NCBI RefSeq assembly: GCF_006345805.1
Contig: NC_042999.1
Coordinates: 113,088,001 to 113,152,000, forward strand
DNA: 64,000 nt
From: Octopus sinensis
Taxonomy: Eukaryota
Direction: 5' to 3'
How positions within the stretch are numbered: position 1 is the first letter of the stretch; every line of letters begins with the position of its first letter. Made by a program: the position numbers and the translations under genes. The notes beneath the pieces were generated by a model. It saw nothing but the letters and a program-made list of their open reading frames with translations. It made no database searches and was not told where the DNA came from. Below, one piece after another: positions 54,395 to 64,000 of the stretch.

Positions 54395-55459
54395 TGCCGG
54401 AGTCTCGATTTTAAAAGTTCAGCATTGGACTTTGAGACCAAGACCTCTGATAAGGTCATTGAGTTCTTTTTGGTTGGGATGGTATGGGTTTCTCTCTTTA
54501 GCTGCATCTCTGAAATCTGGATCAACGATTTCAACCTCTTCTGGTGTGTTGCTCTCTTCTGAAGGTAGTTGCTCTCTCTTTGTAGGAGTGGGTTTTGGGA
54601 GCTCAGGGCAGTATGGTACTGGGGCGATTGATGACAGAAGGTCTGGTTATATGATAGCAGGTGCATTCTTGCCAGTTCGACGTTTGGAAGAGTCAGTCAT
54701 GCAGAAGAAGCAGTTATTTGAATGGTAAGTTAGTTAGTACTCCCCGAATTCGTGGGATTGCAAATTTCACGATTCTCTTTTCCCCTCTGTACCATCCTGT
54801 GAAAAAGCAAAATAGAAATATGAGTATAAAAATACAAATATATTACTCTTGTTTTCTCAATCATTCATCATCTTCCACCCGTAAAGAAATATTTACAATT
54901 ATAGATGTATTTACATTAGTCATTGTATGTTACTTGATTTTGTATAATATATTTTCATTAAATACATTATACATATTTTCTATAATACTGGGTAAAAAAG
55001 TGGAAAATTGTAGAAAAAAATCCCAAAGTTTTACACTTAATTCCACTATCCAAATAATCAAAATTTTCCATAATACCTTCTAATACCTTCTTTTGCAGAG
55101 TTCGCAGGTGAAATGATGTGCCCAGTGTTTATTCTGATCCTCGACAGGCATGCCGGAATATGCCTTGTAGGCCACACACATTTTAGCAGATGCTGTTACA
55201 GAGTACTTTTTTGCTTTTCCCTTGATAAATTCACCGCAGATATAACAAAAATCCATCCGTCGGATGCTTACAACCTCTTGATGCAACCAATAACGCTAAT
55301 GTGCTCACTTTGACAGCTATATGTAAACTGAACTAAAGACTATGTTTCCAGAATCCTTTTATTTATATTGCATTCAGTGTTGCTAGAATGTTATAGAAAT
55401 AAATACACAGATATGTTTATAGGCTGCTTTGTTGTCCAAACGCGGTTCAACTCTCTGTG
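54395..55459 (-). mobile_element. Chapaev3-like (CMC) DNA transposon 5' half with an intron-split transposase (intron 54797-55076)
   Basis: Terminus CAC with TWA target (tta 55460-62). ASRGCKH..FCYICGEFIK...AYKAY.GMPVEDQNKHWAHHFTCELC, then GT..ttttgctttttcacAG, then GWYRGEK..KFAIPRI...CFFC...SSIAPVP...NQKELNDLIRGLGLTKSNAELLKSRL. The family name is from recall. Confidence 0.75.
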
Positions 55460-55484
55460 TTATATATATATATTATATATATAT

Positions 55485-55551
<67 letters not shown>

Positions 55552-58249
55552 TAAATAGTATAATTACTTTAAAAACATTAATTCAGATTATAACTTCATA
55601 TATAAATATTAATTTTAAAACATCAATGTTCTGGCCACAGAGCCAAAGTTTGAAGGGACTAACAATAATATTCTTTGCTTTGTAGACCAAAGCAATTAGG
55701 AAATAATAATTAATGACTAAAGACAAATAAATGTCTAAAATTTGCTACATAGTGTCACCAGTGAAATTGAATGGACGTGCAACGGTGTTTTCTTGGATAT
55801 TTTCAAAACTTCTTCGTTACCTGATGAAAAACGAAACTCTGAAAAGTGATGCAAACAAATGCAGTATGCATTCATACTTGACCTATGTATCAAAAGGCTG
55901 TGAGAGGATTTTCATACTTAGAGGATTTTAACATTAAGAAATCTCGTACAGATGCCATCATTCCATTTACCTTCCACTTACCATCAATTCTGGTACAACT
56001 TTTTTCCTTTTGCATACACTTATTTGCAGTTTCATTTCGATCAAAATGGCGGCTACTCCACTCACTATAATTATAATTTTTTCACTTATCCTCACTTACA
56101 TTTAATATCTCCGATTACCACTTATGTCTCCACATAACACTGAACGCCACAGTTAAGAAAACAATAGCAACAACACAAAACTCAAGTTAGCAAACTAGAT
56201 GTAAGGTCGCCAAGACTAGTGTACAAGTATATCCTGGTCTATCATAAGGAGTCATCCTGCTACCCACTTATTTCAGTCTATACTTGCATGGCTCTCCCTT
56301 ACATTCCCAATACATACAAAACAGTCCCATGTGCAGACGACCTCATACTTACATCTTACCATATTTTCCACAAACACAGCATCACTATAAAATTACTTCG
56401 AACCTAGATTCCCAGAAAACTGGTCCTAAAACAGTAGGCTTAAAGTAATATAGAATCCATTGCCTTCTTTCTTATCAACAATACTTGAAAACTTCAAATA
56501 CAACGAAGCATCACACACATTAATATTGGTTTCAAGTTTTGGCACGAAGCCAGCAAGTTCGAGGGAGAGGCTAAGTCATTTACATCGAGGGAGGGACTAA
56601 ATCGTTTGCAGTTCTCAACAGGTACTTATTTTACCCAGTCCTGCTTTTCAAACAAGATTGCCAATACCTGTACAAAGCTAGAAGAAATTAGTAAATTAAA
56701 ATTTCAGAAATTAGGTAACTTTATTATTTTTTTTACTTGAAAATTGCAAATAATCACTATTATTGTTTAAATATTTTGTACTATCGCCACTACATCGACT
56801 AATGCAGGTATAGGTGGGAAAATAAATTTTTCGTGAAATAATGTTTCTCTTCTTCCCTGAAACTAATTGTGAGATAACGCCTCCTTCAGAGACAGAGTTT
56901 TGAATTCATGCTTTAAGGATAACATTTTTGTTTTTACTACACTTTTGTCTGTATTTTTAGAAAATATTGATGGTGTGTGATGAACTTTCTGTTTATCTCC
57001 TACCTTATGAGATTTAAAAATCGGTGCAAGATGTTTACTAAAACTAGAAAAGTTTTGGTAATGGAATTAGACAATGTAATGAAATTACATTGTGTAATTT
57101 CATTATTATATGCATTATATCTCCTGAGTATTCTTTCAGAATAATAGCTGCTGAATATATAAAGAGAAATCAATTGCTCAATACGAATTATTACTTCTAT
57201 TCATAGGGCCTCTAGGTCGTTAAAAGTGTTATGTTCCATGTTCTCTGATTTTGCGAAACTATACATGAGAAGAAGCAGATGTTCTTGTCATTGTTCTTGT
57301 TGCTACTCTTCTATTTCTTTGAAATTTTCAGTTACAGGGCGGTCTGTATGTTCAACTTTTCTTTTATATATCTCATATTATGTAATATTGATGATACTCA
57401 TCCCATAGTCCATTTAAATCATTATATACCCCAGCCATATGAGCTAGCACGATTAATATACTAGCCAAAGAAGGCTGGAAAAAAGAATTAAAAATAAGGA
57501 AAAAAAATTGGTCCTAACATTAAAAAAATATATATATAATGTCAATGTATTTTGTCTCAAAGAGACGGAAAGTATTACCGCTTTGGACATAGACAGATAG
57601 TGAAGAGAGCTAATTAGATAAGAAAGATATGTCCATATGTTGCTAAAGGGTCATGTTAATGAGAGATAACCGAAGCGGGAAAGTAGATACGTGGTTTGTT
57701 GGTAGAAGAGAATGTAGAAGGATAAGGGGTAGAAATGTGACCCATATGTGAAAAGATGAAGAATGTATGAATTTGTATATGGATTAGCTTAACAGTATGT
57801 ATGTATCTAAAATGGTCGAGTAATATGAGTGTCTTTGAAAGGTATTGGTGGTGGGGAAAAGAGATAGAAAGGAATTAGAGGAAGATTTAGAAATAGATTC
57901 AATTACTCTGTATTCTACTCTTTCTTTTACTCAGTCGTTCTTAAATATATATAATCTTTCACAATACAAAGGTCATTGAAACCGTGCTGCAGTTCCTGGC
58001 TTGTGTAACGGTAGTCAACATTGTCCTTATGACAGTATCTTATAGTAGTATTTTTTCAGAATATGTGAATGTAAAGTTACGATAGAAGGAAAAGATTGAA
58101 TCTACTCCCGCGTATCTCTCAAGGATCTTACATTATAAGAATCGAAAAGAAGAGAAAGAAAAACAAACCCGGCAAAAATATAACTCGGAAGTGATTTATC
58201 AACTTATCATAAAGCATTTATTCCAAAATTCTACATTTTCTGACATCAC

Positions 58250-60118
58250 GCCACTTACAATATTTGTTCAAACTCCATTGATTGAAAATACAAAGGAAGA
58301 CAGTTGTCGGTTTTGAACCGTAAACTTTATCTTTTATCTATCACAAAAATAAGCTGTCTAGTGAGGATCGCTGAACGCAAAATTTCACCAAGTTAAGCCT
58401 TTACATTGCTATGTTAGTGTAGGTGTGCAGCATCTTGCTAGGAATAAAATTCCATATCTTGAAAGTCCTCTGGAATGCTTGGCAAGGCAGATTGCCGTAT
58501 TAAGTTAAAGTAAATGGGACCATTCACTTCGCAGAACCGCCTCCCACCCACCAAAAAAAAAAAAAAAACATAAAAAAAAGAAAGAATCGTCCAATTAATT
58601 CTTTCGCTGTTAACCGCCCCATACTGTAACTCCTGGTCAATCTGATCTTCCTCCGTAAAATACGGATTCTCACGTCCCCCACTGGCTTAAATTGTGATGG
58701 TTAATTGAGCCATTTTATTTAAATGCAGTTTCATCATTACAGACAATCTTTGTTGGATAGTGAGCATCAGCTACGTATCTTGCCAAGCACCATTGACAAA
58801 ACTCCACTTTTCGACCTGGATCATCTTCACCGAGACTATGCTTGGAATGTAACGTTCCCGATTACAGCGCTTCAAAATGTGATGGACACTTGATTTTGAA
58901 ATTCCTATCTAACGACTCACCACAGATTTTCTTGAACACTGGCAATACGTTTCTTGTATATTTTCTTGCTTTGTAGGGCTCGTCGACGGCCGCGGTCTTC
59001 CGGACAAAATAGTTAGAAACATTTTGTCCATCTTTAAGTTCTGTGCTCAAATTCCGCCGCTCTGGGCTATTATGAAACTATTATGAACATTTCCATCTCC
59101 TTCAAACATTTCTTAAATTCTAGTGATGGTAAATCGTTAAGTGGATCTGCTTGCAAGTCCTTCTAAAACTGTCTTTGCACTTCAACTGCATTTTAAAATT
59201 TCCAGTTACGCTTTGAGACAGTGATTCTCAACGTTGGGCCTGGGAAAATTTTGAGTGGGCTTGGGAAAATTTTGAGGATGCCTGAGAAAATTTTGAGAGG
59301 GCCTTGGAAATTTTCTGGATTGGAAACAAGCTGTTTCAGTATTCAATTTGTAGTCTTTAATTCTAAAAAGTAACAAATCTAAAAGATCAAAAAGGAAGTC
59401 TGAATAATTGCACATCGAAGTTATATGTACATAAGTACATTTTGAATGTACCTATGAGAAAAACATCACAAGTGAGTAAAAGTTCGTTTTTGTTAGTAAC
59501 TAATCTCTACTTCTTGCCAATAAATAGGTCATCATTAACACTCCATCCTATTATCACACAGCATGGTTATGCTGACCATGAAATTTTATGAAGAGAATGC
59601 ACGACTTCCTTTTGCAATTCATTATGTAATTAACTGTAATTTGTTAGTCTTACCAACCTAATTGGAAAACATCAGCCGCAATATAGCTATTAAATTGCTT
59701 CTTTATTTCTTGTAAATAAAAAATGTAAATATACTTTCCTTCCACCTTTAGATGCTTTTTTTTTTTGCTTGCAGGTTCCATAAACAAGATGATATTATAA
59801 CATTGATGTAGTATTTATTTAGCGATTGTGATTGTATCCGTGCATGATGCTGGCATGTGGAAACAATTACTACTTTTTGGGGTTTATATTCCGAAGAGGG
59901 TTGGATAATTGTTTTAGAAGTCGGTGGGCTTGATATTTTTTGATCATAAAAAGTGGACCCATGATGTAAAAGATTGAGAAATACTGCTTTAGGACAAATT
60001 TTCTTTGTTCAAAGCTTAGTCGGGGTCCTTTCATTATTTTTAATAGGATAAATCTAAAAAGAAATGAAAATTGAGTTATCAGTTGTTAAAATGTGTATAA
60101 ATATTTTGGGACACCGTG
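58250..60118 (-). mobile_element. Decayed mariner/maT (DD37D-like) transposon interrupted by a hAT MITE and a SINE fragment
   Basis: 5' TIR ca(c)ggtgtcccaaaa next to TA at 60119; ATG at 60034 gives MKGPRLSFEQRKFVLK|RNWK..AVEVQRQF; later DDPGRKVEFCQW..IVCNDETAF.NGSINHHN..W..ENP, TVWGG, QDAA, IKDKVYGSKP, FEQIL*. Confidence 0.88.
59219..59986 (+). mobile_element. hAT-type non-autonomous element with four 21-bp subterminal repeats
   Basis: TIRs cagtgattctcaac / attgagaaatactg; flanks ctttgaga / ctttagga (6 of 8 match); repeats tgggcctgggaaaattttgag at 59234-59320. Confidence 0.8.
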
Positions 60119-60402
60119 TATGTATGTATGTATGTATGTATGTATGTATGTATGTATGTATGTATGTATGTATGTATGTATGTATGTATGTATGTATGTA
60201 TGTATGTATATCAATGGTGTGCTAGGTGTGCGCTGCAACCCACCAAAAATAACAATTCCTTATAAATATTAACCTTACTCATTGATTTAATCCCAAATCT
60301 TAATGGAAGATTTTCGTTATAACTCTGCTTGAAATTTGGTGGTATTGGGTGTGGTAGTGTACCCAATACAACAACCACCATACGCCGCTGATATATATAT
60401 AT

Positions 60403-60801
60403 AGGCACAGGCGTGACTGTGTGGTAAGAAGCTAGCTTCCCAACCACATGGTTCCAGGTTCAGTCCCACTGCATGGCACCTTGAGCAAGTGTCTTCTATA
60501 AAGTGGAGTCGCAATGGCCCAGTGGTTAGGGCAGCGGACTCGCAGTCGTAGGATCGCGGTTTCAATTCCCAGACCGGGCGTTGTGAGTGTTTATTGAGCG
60601 AAAACACCTAAAACTCCACGAGGCTCCGGCAGGGGTTGGTGGTGAGCCCTGCTGTACTCTTTCGCCTCACCTTTCTCTCACTCTTTCTTCTGTTGGCCTA
60701 CTCGCTTAGCCAGCAGGGTGACGTCATTTGAAGGCTAAAACAATGCGAAGCGCATTGTCACCAGCGATGTGTAACAATATCTGATAGCCTGGTCGCTCAC
60801 G

Positions 60802-60805
<4 letters not shown>
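60403..60805 (+). mobile_element. SINE family B head (60403-60500) fused to a full SINE family C (60503-60805)
   Basis: aggcacaggcgtgactgtgtggtaag..accttgagcaagtgtcttctata is followed directly by the family C head; no family B remainder is seen downstream. Confidence 0.85.
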
Positions 60806-60860
<55 letters not shown>

Positions 60861-61230
60861 CAGCCCTTCCTGTTTGTTTTCACTGTCCTTTTTGTGTTAT
60901 AGATTTTAACCCTCCGCAAAATGTCAAATTTTATTTTCTTTTCTTTGCGGGAGCAACTGTTTTATCGAAGGCGTATCTTGTCGTGTATTGCTCGAAATAT
61001 GGATTAGAAAAACAGCCAACAACTGATGAAGGGTCGTTCTTTGTGTTGCGTGTCTTGCTTTCCATTTGTTTCTTTCGCTGTTTGTAAAAAAAAGTTCATA
61101 TTCCAAGTATTCGTGTTTCGTATTTCATGTTTCCGTATTCTATGTTGTTTACATTTTGTGACGTCCTGTGCCCACATATGCATATGCATATACGTATATA
61201 TGTAAGTATGTACATATACGTATGTATATA

Positions 61231-61305
<75 letters not shown>

Positions 61306-63321
61306 GTTAACAACTAAGTGGCGTGATAAATCATGAGAAGGATTAGTTATTTCATTTTATGATATTTCCTTTTTATCTTTCATCTACTGTTATGATATTG
61401 GATGACAGGGGAGTTTAATGTCTTTAATAGGGAACAGATACACTGTCAGATCTATGTAAATTCTGAAAAAAAAAAAAGAAACAGAAAAAGAGAAAGAGAA
61501 AACAAACAAAATCAATTCAGATCCACCCGTCATCGCAGCTTCTAGATGACGTCATCGGAGATTTTAAATCTATTTTTGCTTTATTAGATAAGTAACAAGA
61601 TTTCCATGACTAGAAAATTAAAAGTAAAATACATAATGCACGGCTACAAGAGTCTAGTAATGGTTTTCTTTTAAACCAAAATCTTATTGCATTGTTTTAA
61701 AGATAATATAGAGGAACGGGGAAGCTTCTTTGCATACTGCTTCATAAAACCTTTCCCTCGTTGCAGTTTCTTTACTTATCCGCATGTACTAGGACACATT
61801 ACTTATTGCTGCTATTTTTATTACTTAACAAATTCAATTATTCAGTGTTTCTTATAATATACTGCTTAAATCATTTAGCTTTTAAAGGTTATTTAAGATT
61901 TCCATCTGAGTTCATCGACGTCATGGTATTTCTCCTTAAATTGAACAAGCAATTTATAACCATGGCAATCTGCGCTAGCTGAACCAGTTATGATTTTGGC
62001 ACAGTTCATGCAATTCCATTACAACGAACATTTTAATAAACCCGAATAGAGCAGAAGAGCTAAGTAAAAATGGATTATTTAAGGGCAACTAATTCCGAAT
62101 GTACTAACCATGACTAATTCAATTGGAATTAAATTTTCAAGATTTCAGTATCAAACACAATTAACGCACCTTTTATCAATGTCTTTTCCACCCCAAGCTC
62201 CTCCAGCACCTACATACTTAGTGTTACCGCGTTCATCGAGTTTATTTCCTCTGGAAATATTTTCCGCTAAACCATGCATATACATAGACAAGATAAATGT
62301 ATGTATGTTTTAGGTATGTAAGTATGTGTACACGGAGATATAGTATATATGTATTTATATATATTTGTTGGGAAATGTGTATGTTTATGTGTAGTGTGTG
62401 TGTATGTGTGTGTGTGCGTATGTGTGTGGTTATGTATAGTCTGTGTGTATGTGAACAGCGTCATTAGATTGGCACAAATATGTACATACACTCATATAGT
62501 TATATACATGTATTTATATATTTGCGTATGCTACTTAAGTGTATCTATCTATCTGTCTGTCTGCCTGTCTGTATGTCTGTCTATGTGTGTACAGACAAAG
62601 ACACAAACAAATATACACATAGTTACACACATTTATACACATTCATACGAAAGACAGAGAGTGACAGTGAGAAAGTGAATATGAGATGTATGCGGTTGAT
62701 TGTCACTTAGTTGAAGGCTGCTTAATCGAAGGCACCTAACTTCATTAAAATCGATAAGTGAACAGACTTAATATGGCTGCTGACACCATCGTCCAACGTA
62801 GAAAATGTTAGTCGTGTAGAAACTGTACTTGTTTTATGTATGAAAAATATAGTTATATTGGGTAAATTTTATGTATAGTGTTGATACATTTAATAGAAAC
62901 AATATATTTTTCTTGTGCATTGTCAATTTTTTCTCGAAACAGCATCTTATAAAACATTTCTCATTTATCTATTTCTCTCTCTCTTCCTCTCTCTTTCTCT
63001 CCACCTGTCTCTCTCTCTCACACACATATGCGTACATATGTTCCTACATACAGATGTAGACATACATTACTACTTATATATATGTATACATTCGCACGTA
63101 TGTTCAGAGAAGGAGAGCGAGAGATGGGGAGAGAGAAAAAGTTATGTCCAAACACCAGGTAAATTGCACAGAGCAAGACAGAAACACGTATACTATTCTT
63201 ATCTCATCAATTATTGATAGAAAATCAAGGCTGTTTCAGCATATTATAAACAAGATTGCTTAGTTCAGAGTACCGGTAGCTTTATGACAAATGCAAGCAG
63301 GAAATGATATTGGGAGAATAG

Positions 63322-63537
63322 GAAGGTGGCGAGCTGGTAGAAACGTTAGCTCGCCAGGCGAAATGTTTAGCGGTGTTTCGTCTGTCTTTACGTTCTGAGG
63401 TCAAATTCCGTCGAGGTCAACTTTGCCTTTCATGCTTTCGGGGTCGATAAATTAAGTACCAGTTGCGTACTGGGGTCGATCTAATCGACTGGCCTTCCCC
63501 CGCCAAAATTTCGGGCCTTGAGCCTTGAGTAGATAAG
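63322..63537 (+). mobile_element. SINE family A, 16-bp TSD
   Basis: gatattgggagaatag at 63306-63321 and 63538-63553. Confidence 0.92.
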
Positions 63538-63709
63538 GATATTGGGAGAATAGATGCTAAAAAAGGATGATGCGACGAGACTTGACAATAACAATTATTC
63601 GTAAGTGTAAGAATAATTAGATACAACAAATATTTAAGTCGGTGGACACGCACACACACACACATACACGTGTGTATGTGTGTGTATGAGTGTGTGCGTG
63701 CGTATGTGC

Positions 63710-63766
<57 letters not shown>

Positions 63767-64000
63767 CATGTGCTTGTTTCAACTGGCCTTTAGCGATCAG
63801 ACATAGCTTGCCAGCATGAAATGAGCAATAACTTGGTGTACTCATTATATGTATGCCTTCCCGCACACAAACGCATTAACATACATATGTTTCCCAACAC
63901 AGAAATAGGTTACAGATATGAAACGCATTTAAATGATTAGGAACAAAATTATAACAAGTGAAACATTTTTCTGTTTTCTGAGAAAAAAATATGATGATCT

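Noticed and set aside
60950-61010. gagcaa...ttgctc-GAAA, and gg..cc-GAAAtgttag at ~37395-37430(-), as hammerhead halves
   Set aside because: The CUGANGA half is missing, so they cannot be supported without a family consensus.

Overview
AT-rich, microsatellite-dense eukaryotic DNA, most likely a cephalopod (octopus-like). This is inferred from the SINE types and repeat density, not proven. There is one convincing host coding segment: a ~3.9 kb exon (splice acceptor 18220) with an open frame to 22162. It encodes a largely disordered acidic protein with an internal MGNQLS myristoylation/polybasic start, a coiled coil and five Tyr-containing C-terminal repeats; I cannot name the gene. The rest looks intronic or intergenic and is filled with decayed mobile elements: two Penelope-like retroelements, CR1- and Tx1-type LINE fragments, mariner/maT, hAT-Charlie, Chapaev3 (with intron), Helitron derivatives and three tRNA-type SINE families. 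The most notable unannotated signal is a set of minimal type-I hammerhead ribozyme motifs. One lies in a 479-bp monomer with a 43-bp terminal redundancy (retrozyme/circRNA-like, 31348-31869). Two identical copies with the rare compensatory U3-A8 core lie in the arms of a ~1.6 kb near-perfect palindrome (38730-40316) abutting a Penelope RT-endonuclease. One weaker copy lies at 5499-5541. All calls were read by eye; no searches were run.
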